DNA from: Fervidobacterium sp.
Lineage (GTDB): Bacteria; Thermotogota; Thermotogae; Thermotogales; Fervidobacteriaceae
NCBI GenBank assembly: GCA_049970055.1
Contig: JBMFNR010000009.1
Coordinates: forward strand, 1 to 14,925
DNA: 14,925 bases
Direction of reading: 5' to 3'
Shown here: one piece after another, positions 1 to 7,526 of the stretch
Layout of the letters: every line of letters starts with the position of its first letter
Numbering within the stretch: position 1 is the stretch's first letter
Translations under genes and position numbers: made by a program
The notes under the pieces: generated by a model
The model's input: the letters and a program-made list of their open reading frames with translations, nothing else
What the model was told of the DNA's origin: nothing
The model's database searches: none

Positions 1-1
1 G

Positions 2-445
2 GTTTCATCAATAGATCCTGAACTAAATGACAGGATGAAGAAAAGCGGTATTGGCTCGTTATTAAGCATGTTTGAAAATTCTCCATTAAGCAAAGAAATC
101 GGGATAGGTCAAATCAAACAGAACGGAAACCAAAGATTCGTTTCTAAGAAACCTTTTGAAGAACCACATCCGTTTGCTGTTGCCTACAGCCTCTATAAAG
201 CTGCAGAGTATTTAGGATATAGGGATTTGACTGTCTCTGAGGTGTATGATTCGAGATTCGATGGAGGACCGTATAAGCTATTTGGTATTCCAAGGTCAAA
301 ACTTGAGAGAGTGTTAAGAAGACTTCAAGAAGATCCAGAGAGGATATTGAAAATAGATTTGGTTTCGGATTTAGACAACATATTCTTGAGGGATGATTTG
401 GACTCACTGCAAATACTTAGAATTGCGGAGGCGAGGATTAAATGA
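2..445 (+). CDS. 5'-truncated DUF4007-type protein; probable C-terminus of BREX-4 BrxP (PAPS reductase-DUF4007 fusion) or SspB-like protein
   Basis: The frame is open from nt 2 (VSSIDPELNDR) into ORF 35..445, so the gene starts before the window. The pattern 'AVAYSLYKAAE...LTVSEVY...GGPYKLFGI...LERVLRRL...DLVSDLDNIFL' resembles DUF4007 C-termini. The stop overlaps the next start (ATGA 442-445). Position upstream of a BrxC-like ATPase fits brxP. The PAPS reductase domain itself is not visible. Confidence 0.65.
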   Translation, partial: VSSIDPELNDRMKKSGIGSLLSMFENSPLSKEIGIGQIKQNGNQRFVSKKPFEEPHPFAVAYSLYKAAEYLGYRDLTVSEVYDSRFDGGPYKLFGIPRSKLERVLRRLQEDPERILKIDLVSDLDNIFLRDDLDSLQILRIAEARIK

Positions 446-3400
446 AGTATTCAGAGATAATAGGTCTGTACGACTCATTTCACCCGGTATATGATTTAGA
501 GAACGAGTATGACAAAGAGTATTGGAAAATATTTGTTCCAAACAAGAAATTTTACGAAATCTTATCTAACGTCATAACGTCTTTTGATGGCTTAGAAAAG
601 GAAAGAAAATCTATATGGATTCAAGGCGCTTATGGTACTGGTAAGAGCCATGCAACAGCTGTCATAAAGCACCTACTCTGGGATGATCCTAGAGACATCA
701 GGGATTTTGTTGAGAGAATAGAAGATTCTCAGTTCCAAGAAAGAATTAAACACTTTAGAAATGATAGTAAGGTACTTCCAGTAGTAATTAAGGGTACTTC
801 CGGAATAGATGGTCCGAGAACACTTAGGTACGTGGTTCAAAGGGCCGTAAAAAAGTCTCTGCTCCAGGTCGGGGATGATGTGGAAATTGAATCGGAATTC
901 GAGCAGGTCATTAATCAGATAGAGAAAGGAATAGTAAGACTAGAAAAACTGATTCAGGAAGCTGATTTAGCAATATATGGCGATGGCCAGGAGATAATGA
1001 AAAAGCTCAGGAATGGCGATACAGAAATCCTGAGGAAAATAGAGAGAGTCCTAGAAAACGAGGGATTACACGTTACATACGACAACATAACCGACTGGTT
1101 GTCTAAAGTCGTTGAAAAACTCAGAGAGAAAAGAGTGGCTGACTATCTTGCAATATACTGGGATGAATTTACCGGTGTCCTTGAGCTTCAGAATGCGGGT
1201 TCCATATTAACGGAAATTCAAAGTATTGCCGAGCTCTCGGAGCATGAAGGAGTATATTTATTTATTATATCTCACAGAAAAATAGAACAATTCTCGAAGT
1301 TGAGAGATGACATTGGAAAAGTTAGAGATCGATTCAAAGTTATCGAGTACTCAATGGAACCGATAACAGCTTACCACATTGTCAAAGGGGCTCTTAAAAA
1401 GTTAAGACCCCACGATTACGAGATGGTACGAAAAGAGACTTTAAGCCGGGACGTTAAAGATGTTATGGAAAGCATAGCTGTGCAGGAACAAAAGACCACA
1501 AATGCTTCCGAATTATTAGAAACACTTCAGGACGGTTTTCCTATACATCCGTACACAATATACACTGCGGTTCTTGTAGCAAGATATTTCGGCTCGACAG
1601 AGAGGAGCATCTTCAAGTTCTTACATGACGAAGTCCATGGTTTTAAAGGGTTTATAGAGAAGAACCCAGATGAGGAGGGTGAGTACTTCCTAACTGCTGA
1701 TAAATTATGGGACTTCTTCTATTCGGACTTTGAAATAAGAGAAGACGATGCCACGTTCGTTATAACAGAAAGATACAAGCGCTTTAAAAACCAAGTGGAA
1801 CAGAATGGAGAAGAGTATATTAAGGTTTTCAAGGGAATCTTATTGTTGAATCTATTGTCTAGGTACATAGATATTTCCGAGGCACACGAAAACCTATATG
1901 CGCCTCATAGGAAAAATATTAAAATGATGTTTGCAGGCTCGATCAAACCGTCGTATATAGATACGATACTTGCTTTCTTCGAAGAAAACGAAATCTTTGT
2001 AAGAACACAAGACGAAAACTATTTTGTTACTAATTCCTCTCTCAAGCACGAGGAGATAAACAAAGAGAGGAAACAGTTAGAACCATACTATAACAATGTT
2101 AGCAAGATTGTAGAAGAAGTCATTAATAATTTAGACAGTGCCAAGGAAGAGTTGGAGAAACTAGTCCAGATTGGTACAAGAGAATACAAGTACGTGTTAC
2201 TTGACGATAGTATGAACGAAAATACAATAAGGTCTAGACTCCTTAGTAAGTTAAAACCGAGCAGCGCACTAAATTTTGCCTTAATCTTCGGAACAAACGA
2301 ATATGCTCTCTCTAGTGTCAAAAATTTGGTTCGAAACCTATCTTTAGAGAAAAATTTTTCTCATATAATCTTCTTAGTTTTAGACACGCTTTTCGAAGAG
2401 CAAGTCAAAAATGAGTTTATTAAGAATAAGGCAATGGCTAAGGTTGCCGAAAGTCACAGGTTTAATGATGAAGCTTTGCTTTATCAGAACAATGCCATCA
2501 AGACAATCAAGGATTGGCTCAGTGAAGTAACGAGAGGTTACGTGAACTGGTATCTGAACGGAGCCAGCGATCGAGTTCCATGTGACAGTCTCGGTGATAA
2601 GGTTGGAATACAGCTAACTAACAAGGTGTTTCCGCACGGTTTTGAAACGTTAGAGGAGTTACGCAAAAACGACAATGTTTGGACAAGAAGGAATTCTGCT
2701 AAGGCGGCAGAACCTTTTATCCTTGCTAAAAACAGAGACGAACTAGTAAGACAACTTGAAGATAAAAAAGGTATTTACCGTTTTCTTGTCGATATCATAA
2801 AAGACAACTCAGGTGAGTATATAGTAAGCAATAATTTAGAAATAAGACCAGATGTTGATAAATCCCATCCGTTAGTAGTCTTAAGTGAAGAGGTTGAAAA
2901 AGCAATTGAGTTCGAATCCAAAAAAGGAATATTCAATTTGGGAGAAGCGCTAGAGTTTCTCTCAGAACCACCATATGGTCTATATCCCTGCGCCGTTTAT
3001 TTTGCGGCCCTCGCATTCAGCCTGAGAAAGTACGTAGGGAAGCTATATGATCTTGGAAAGAATGGTAAGGAAGGTCAAATTAATGAGATGCAGATGATTG
3101 ATAAAATAGGGCTTATCTTCGACTATTTCAGCGACAGAAAAAGGATAGATAAACTTGAGGTTCGCAAGGGTACCGAGCAAGAGAAAAAACTCTCTAAGAT
3201 TTTGGCAGATATATTTGGAATAACCAGTGAAATAACCAGTTCGTTAGTAGGTGGTACCTTCAATGACATACGATGGGGATTAAGGGAATGGAGCAAGAAA
3301 TCTCGTTTTCCAATATGGAGCTTGCGGTATGCAATTGGCAGCGAAGAAGATAAGCTATTAACGGACGCAATTGCTTCAATTTGCGAAATCACAGAGTCAC

Positions 3401-3903
3401 GTGAGCAGGATATTGATATCGAGACTTTGAGTAAATGGCTTAAGAATATAGATATGGCAAAATTTGAACTGAAAGGAATTATTGACGAAGGTGCAATTAG
3501 AACTGGATTTATAAGATTTATAGAAAGACGTGTCCCAGGTATAAGTGGTCAGATAGGAGACATTGAACAGCACATAGATGACATTTTAGACTATATTATA
3601 GAAAAGAAAAAAGAGTCTGACCATGGTTCCATCAAGAAATTTGAAGTAAAGTTTGATAGTACAGAATTATCTTTAAGGAATCCGATCCTGAGGTTTAAAA
3701 TCATTCCAAAACCTGACAAGGTGGTTGCTAAGATTCAAGGGAAAGAACTTAATGTGGAGGCAGGTTCATCACCGAACGAGTTTACAATTAGATTAACCAG
3801 TTATTCAACGGGAAAGTACGTACTTAACCTATACATTGACGAAGGAGTGTACGAACAAGAGATTAGCATCTACGGAGGCTTTAAGGAAAGGGAATTGTTC
3901 TAA
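442..3903 (+). CDS. brxC: BrxC/SspC-like large P-loop ATPase of a BREX type 4-like system, with a probable PglZ-derived C-terminal ~100 aa
   Basis: 1153-aa ORF. Walker A 'IWIQGAYGTGKSH', Walker B 'AIYWDEF', 'RDRF' and 'FPIHPYT...STERSIFKFL' are typical of BrxC/SspC-type ATPases. It lies between a DUF4007 gene and brxL. Confidence 0.75.
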   Translation: MKYSEIIGLYDSFHPVYDLENEYDKEYWKIFVPNKKFYEILSNVITSFDGLEKERKSIWIQGAYGTGKSHATAVIKHLLWDDPRDIRDFVERIEDSQFQERIKHFRNDSKVLPVVIKGTSGIDGPRTLRYVVQRAVKKSLLQVGDDVEIESEFEQVINQIEKGIVRLEKLIQEADLAIYGDGQEIMKKLRNGDTEILRKIERVLENEGLHVTYDNITDWLSKVVEKLREKRVADYLAIYWDEFTGVLELQNAGSILTEIQSIAELSEHEGVYLFIISHRKIEQFSKLRDDIGKVRDRFKVIEYSMEPITAYHIVKGALKKLRPHDYEMVRKETLSRDVKDVMESIAVQEQKTTNASELLETLQDGFPIHPYTIYTAVLVARYFGSTERSIFKFLHDEVHGFKGFIEKNPDEEGEYFLTADKLWDFFYSDFEIREDDATFVITERYKRFKNQVEQNGEEYIKVFKGILLLNLLSRYIDISEAHENLYAPHRKNIKMMFAGSIKPSYIDTILAFFEENEIFVRTQDENYFVTNSSLKHEEINKERKQLEPYYNNVSKIVEEVINNLDSAKEELEKLVQIGTREYKYVLLDDSMNENTIRSRLLSKLKPSSALNFALIFGTNEYALSSVKNLVRNLSLEKNFSHIIFLVLDTLFEEQVKNEFIKNKAMAKVAESHRFNDEALLYQNNAIKTIKDWLSEVTRGYVNWYLNGASDRVPCDSLGDKVGIQLTNKVFPHGFETLEELRKNDNVWTRRNSAKAAEPFILAKNRDELVRQLEDKKGIYRFLVDIIKDNSGEYIVSNNLEIRPDVDKSHPLVVLSEEVEKAIEFESKKGIFNLGEALEFLSEPPYGLYPCAVYFAALAFSLRKYVGKLYDLGKNGKEGQINEMQMIDKIGLIFDYFSDRKRIDKLEVRKGTEQEKKLSKILADIFGITSEITSSLVGGTFNDIRWGLREWSKKSRFPIWSLRYAIGSEEDKLLTDAIASICEITESREQDIDIETLSKWLKNIDMAKFELKGIIDEGAIRTGFIRFIERRVPGISGQIGDIEQHIDDILDYIIEKKKESDHGSIKKFEVKFDSTELSLRNPILRFKIIPKPDKVVAKIQGKELNVEAGSSPNEFTIRLTSYSTGKYVLNLYIDEGVYEQEISIYGGFKERELF

Positions 3904-3929
3904 CAGCTTAGCTTATGGGGGGATTATAC

Positions 3930-5372
3930 GTGGACACTAACTTAAACGAACTTGACGAAAAGATACGTAGCGTTTTTCCCTATGAGTCTGTGATGAAACA
4001 ACCGGGCCTTCAACAGGTATTCTCTGGCTATAACCTCCCATCCTTTGTAAAGGACTGGCTTCTCCAAAAACATACAGAAATTGATGGAAGTATCGATACG
4101 GACAGTTTAAAAGACTTTCTGACGAAGCATATTGCTTACAAAGGAAGTAAAATTAAAGGTCAGTTGATTAACGATGGCTCACAAGTAACATTGTTGGCAA
4201 GAATTATAGTAGAGCCTGATGTAAAGAGTGGAATATTGAGGTTTTCCATACCAGATATCGACATAAAATCAAACGAGGCAAGAATCCCTCCACACATTGC
4301 TCGCGAACATAGCAGTGAATTATCAGGAGGAGAAACGTGGGGCGTTGTAACTCTTGTATACGTGCCTCCAGATGGAAGAACTCCTGGAGCAATTGAATTA
4401 GCTGATTATAAGCCGTTCAAACCATATGAGGTTGATTTAGATTATTTCCGTGAAAGGAGAAAGGAGTTTACCTTAGAAGAATGGATAGATCTGCTAATAC
4501 GTTCCATGGAATATAATCCTAGAGGATTCAGGTCTTTAAGCCAAAAACTTCTATTTATCTCAAGATTGTTAGTCTTTGTGGAACCCAATCTGAATATGAT
4601 GGAGCTTGCACCAAAAGGAACTGGTAAATCATATACATATAGCAATCTTACCAAGTACGGTTGGATAATAAGCGGTGGAACTGTGACACGAGCCAAATTA
4701 TTCTATGACATTTCTAAACAAATGCCCGGTATCTTGACGCAATACGATTTTGTTGCGATGGATGAGGTTGAGACTATCAGATTCTCTGACGAAAGTGAAC
4801 TTTTGGGTGCTTTGAAGAATTATCTGGAATCTGGACGATTTACAGTGGGGAACTACAACGGAGTTTCATCCGCTGGAATGGTACTACTGGGTAACATACC
4901 ATTATCTCACGATAAAACACCTTTGAGCAGCGACTATCTTGCAACCCTACCTCCATTTTTTAAGAATTCGGCATTGTTAGACAGATTTCATGGTTTTATC
5001 GAAGGTTGGAAACTACCAAGAATGCGTGAAGATATGAAAGTTCGCGGACATGCCTTAAATGTCGAATACTTTTCTGAAATCCTGCACGAAATGAGAACAG
5101 TTCCTGATTTTGCCGATATATGTAAACGTTTACTTAGGATTCCAGAGAACTCGGATACTCGTGATACAAAAGCAATCGTCAAGCTGAGCACGGCATATTT
5201 GAAATTGTTGTTTTCCCACGTGAGAGACATAACTGACATAAGCAAGGAGGAATTTCAGATGTACTGCCTAACCCCTGCGAAAGAGATGCGGCAAATAATC
5301 AAGCGGCAATTAGCAATGATTGATAGAGAGTTTAGTGAGGAACTACCCAATATAGAGGTCGTTCGTCAATGA
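3930..5372 (+). CDS. brxL: BrxL-family AAA+ ATPase, short form without a C-terminal Lon-like domain
   Basis: Motifs 'FTLEEWIDLLIRSMEYNP', 'ELAPKGTGKS' (Walker A), 'YDFVAMDEV' (Walker B), 'LKNYLESGRF', 'ALLDRFHGFIEGW' and 'GHALNVEYFSEILHEMR'. The ORF track starts at ATG 3915, but the G-rich RBS at 3917-3923 favours GTG 3930. Confidence 0.85.
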   Translation: MDTNLNELDEKIRSVFPYESVMKQPGLQQVFSGYNLPSFVKDWLLQKHTEIDGSIDTDSLKDFLTKHIAYKGSKIKGQLINDGSQVTLLARIIVEPDVKSGILRFSIPDIDIKSNEARIPPHIAREHSSELSGGETWGVVTLVYVPPDGRTPGAIELADYKPFKPYEVDLDYFRERRKEFTLEEWIDLLIRSMEYNPRGFRSLSQKLLFISRLLVFVEPNLNMMELAPKGTGKSYTYSNLTKYGWIISGGTVTRAKLFYDISKQMPGILTQYDFVAMDEVETIRFSDESELLGALKNYLESGRFTVGNYNGVSSAGMVLLGNIPLSHDKTPLSSDYLATLPPFFKNSALLDRFHGFIEGWKLPRMREDMKVRGHALNVEYFSEILHEMRTVPDFADICKRLLRIPENSDTRDTKAIVKLSTAYLKLLFSHVRDITDISKEEFQMYCLTPAKEMRQIIKRQLAMIDREFSEELPNIEVVRQ

Positions 5373-5870
5373 ATCTCTTAGATGATTGTCTTTGAAGAAT
5401 TTAAGTCGCAATTTTGGACTATCTCCTGAAAGTATGATATGTAAAAAATCGTATTACCTTTTCACATCTCGCAGCTTTTACTCCATGGAAGTCATGTTTT
5501 TAATTTAATTTGATACCTTTTTTCTAATGGAGTACGCCATAACATTAGTTTCTAACCACTAACGGTGTTTTCCAGTACTTCTTCATTTAGATCCTGATTT
5601 AGGTCCTGCGCGAATATTGGACGATTTCTATAAGGCTCTTACCAAAGACATTCAGAAAAGCGAACGTATTTATTTTTTCCAAAACTACAATCACAAACGA
5701 TGCTCGAAAAGACAGAGCAAACGAAAAGTGGTTGAATATCATACTCAGAAAGAAATGAAGAACAACCCTTGTGTCAACCTTCAACATACAGAATTGCCAC
5801 CATAAATTTGCAAAAGAAAATAAGAAATGCTATAATGCACGTTAGAGAAATCGCATCCTATCTCTATAAA

Positions 5871-6347
5871 CGACCTAAAACGTGGAGTTCGAAACACGAA
5901 AGTTGCCCGACAATATTTGCTCATATCCGCATCAATACTATACTTTCTGTCATTGACAGGTTACTAATTTTTGCCAAGCGAATTTTCAATAAGTCATTTA
6001 TTCATGCGCTTCTGCGTTGAATTTTAAGTGTTTTGTTTCACAAAGTGTTAATATCATCTTATTTTTTATATGTATTCTTCTTGATTTTCAGCTTGTGATT
6101 AGACATAATCAAAAAAATTCTCTACCTATTGTTACGATAATATTTCAAAGTGAAAAGCTAACACAACTCGTTTATTCATCAGCATGCATCAAGAAACAAG
6201 CACAAAAACCGGTAGGGAATCAGCATCAGTTCAAGAAAATCTGCGACTGTTAGCCATGCTAAAACAAAATTTAGATAGTCTAACTTTGGAGGTAGAGAAA
6301 ATCGCATTCCAAACTACATCTATTTATGCCTATTCTGGAAGGTAAGA
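5871..6347 (+). promoter_or_regulatory. CRISPR leader, copy 1 (paralogous to 14109-14584)
   Basis: AT-rich region directly upstream of the repeat at 6348. It aligns without gaps to 14109-14584 at offset 8238. By hand count there are ~45 mismatches over 6001-6346 (~87% identity) and ~41 over 5871-6000 (~68%). Confidence 0.85.
6081..6109 (+). promoter_or_regulatory. Putative sigma70-type promoter for CRISPR mini-array 1
   Basis: TTGATT (6081-6086), 17 nt, CATAAT (6104-6109). The equivalent TTGCTT-17-CATAAT is conserved in leader copy 2. Confidence 0.55.
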
Positions 6348-6533
6348 GTCAGGAAGGAACCTCTCTCTGAAAGAGCTGGAAACCAAAAGTTTCAAAACTA
6401 TTAATAAAAAATTTATTTGTTTTGTCAGGAAGGAACCTCTCTCTGAAAGAGATGATGGGAACCGGACGTTAAAAATAGCGCAAACGTTGAATTTATCCTT
6501 TTGATAGGTATTATCTCTGAAAGTGCTGAATTT
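6348..6533 (+). CRISPR. CRISPR mini-array 1: 3 repeats (last one degenerate), 2 spacers
   Basis: Repeat 1 6348-6383 GTCAGGAAGGAACCTCTCTCTGAAAGAGCTGGAAAC; spacer 6384-6423 (40 nt); repeat 2 6424-6462 (...GAAAGAGATGATGGGAAC, 3-nt duplication); spacer 6463-6498 (36 nt); degenerate repeat ~6499-6533 (..AGGTATTATCTCTGAAAGTGCTGAA..). The GAAAC 3' end and CTCT/AGAG hairpin give + orientation. Confidence 0.85.
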
Positions 6534-6540
6534 ATAAGCA

Positions 6541-6572
6541 AAAGTGGGACTTTTGTCCCACTTTATTTTTTT
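6541..6572 (+). terminator. Intrinsic terminator after mini-array 1
   Basis: Perfect 10-bp stem AAAGTGGGAC-TTTT-GTCCCACTTT followed by ATTTTTTT. Confidence 0.85.
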
Positions 6573-6600
6573 CAGAAAAATGATATTGTTTTGTTATATA

Positions 6601-6639
6601 TGATATAATGGTAACGTAAATTTGTAACGTGCGGTTACA
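6601..6639 (+). promoter_or_regulatory. Putative cas operon promoter (extended -10) with a downstream palindromic operator-like site
   Basis: TGaTATAAT at 6601-6609 (TGn plus perfect -10). Inverted repeat TGTAAC-GTGCG-GTTACA at 6623-6639. RBS AGGAGG at 6661-6666. Confidence 0.6.
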
Positions 6640-6672
6640 TTAAGAATAATGAATAATAACAGGAGGGGTAGG

Positions 6673-7464
6673 GTGTTTTACAGTCTTCTGCTCAACGTAA
6701 AAGCTGAGAATGATGGTATTATTGAGTATTATCCTGGCCGCAAGATTCATGGTTGGTTCTTTTCTGTGCTGAAATCCGCAGATGAAAGAATTTCGAATGT
6801 CATGCACTCTAATATAAGTGATAAGTCCTTCACTGTTTCTTCCTTCCTTGGCAGGAACGTAAGTAGACCTTTAGAAGTTAAACAAGGTGAAGTCTACTCG
6901 ATTAGGATAACCCTCCTTGAAGATAGCCTTTTCGAGCTTTTCAGCAACAAGGTGTTTGAGTCCACACTGAAAGACGAGAATGCTCGATTTGGGAATGTAA
7001 CTTTTAAGGTGCTCAATTTATCCGTGGGACAGTCTAATAAGTGGGCTGGATTTACAACAGAAGAAGAACTTTTCAATAAGGATAATACGCAAACTGTTGT
7101 CAAACTAAAGTTCTATACCCCCACTCTTTTTCGCATCGGGGATTTGCATTTGAGAGAGCCCGACCCTGAGAAGGTCTACACAAGCCTTATTAGAAAATTC
7201 AACAAATACAGCAAGGTAAAACTCGATGAGAACTTGGTGGGGAAATTTAAGGATATAAAGATTTTGGAAAAAGACACAATTCTAAAAAGAGTAAATTTTG
7301 GTGAATTCTACTTGCAAGGTTTCGTTGGAACTGTTACGTTCGAAGTGCCGTATGAAGATAAGCTTGTAGAAGCAGTGAACGTGCTTTCCAACTTTGCCTT
7401 CTACTCAGGTGTTGGTTACAAGTCGACAATGGGATTAGGGCAGTGCAAAAGGGAGGAACTCTGA
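6673..7464 (+). CDS. cas6: CRISPR-associated endoribonuclease Cas6
   Basis: 'GRKIHGWFFSVL...H...KSFTVS', 'LKFYTPTLFR' and C-terminal G-rich loop 'FYSGVGYKSTMGLGQC'. GTG start at 6673 follows AGGAGG (6661-6666); the ORF track starts at 6649. Confidence 0.95.
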   Translation: MFYSLLLNVKAENDGIIEYYPGRKIHGWFFSVLKSADERISNVMHSNISDKSFTVSSFLGRNVSRPLEVKQGEVYSIRITLLEDSLFELFSNKVFESTLKDENARFGNVTFKVLNLSVGQSNKWAGFTTEEELFNKDNTQTVVKLKFYTPTLFRIGDLHLREPDPEKVYTSLIRKFNKYSKVKLDENLVGKFKDIKILEKDTILKRVNFGEFYLQGFVGTVTFEVPYEDKLVEAVNVLSNFAFYSGVGYKSTMGLGQCKREEL

Positions 7465-7526
7465 CCACTGTCGCAAAATAATATCAAACTTTGGAGGTTA
7501 CAAATCCATTAGGGGGGCAGATATAT

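Noticed and set aside
3219..3240. Short in-frame tandem repeat AATAACCAGT (period 12; ITSE/ITSS) in brxC
   Set aside because: Two copies only, frame preserved, no evidence of function.
3616..3627. 'SDHG' in the BrxC tail resembling the PglZ metal-binding (T/S)DHG motif
   Set aside because: It is preceded by KKKE rather than a hydrophobic strand and lacks the downstream HGG motif, so it is probably coincidental and is not used as evidence for the fusion.
5417..5440. TATCTCCTGAAAGT resembling the core of the CRISPR repeat
   Set aside because: Isolated short match with no flanking repeat similarity or periodicity.
6017..6253. Paralogous small ORFs 6017-6253 and 14234-14491 in the two leaders
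   Set aside because: TTG starts without an RBS; most differences between the copies change amino acids; they overlap the predicted promoter. Best explained as a by-product of leader duplication.
6285..6310. GGAGGT Shine-Dalgarno-like motif in both leaders as a possible CreT-like RNA toxin or mini-ORF
   Set aside because: No ATG/GTG/TTG at a suitable distance (followed by AGAGAAAATCGC).
6384..6498. Possible self-targeting: short spacer matches in brxC (GTTTTGAAAC near 2639; GGACGTTAAA near 1449)
   Set aside because: Only ~10-nt matches, expected by chance in 15 kb of AT-rich DNA.
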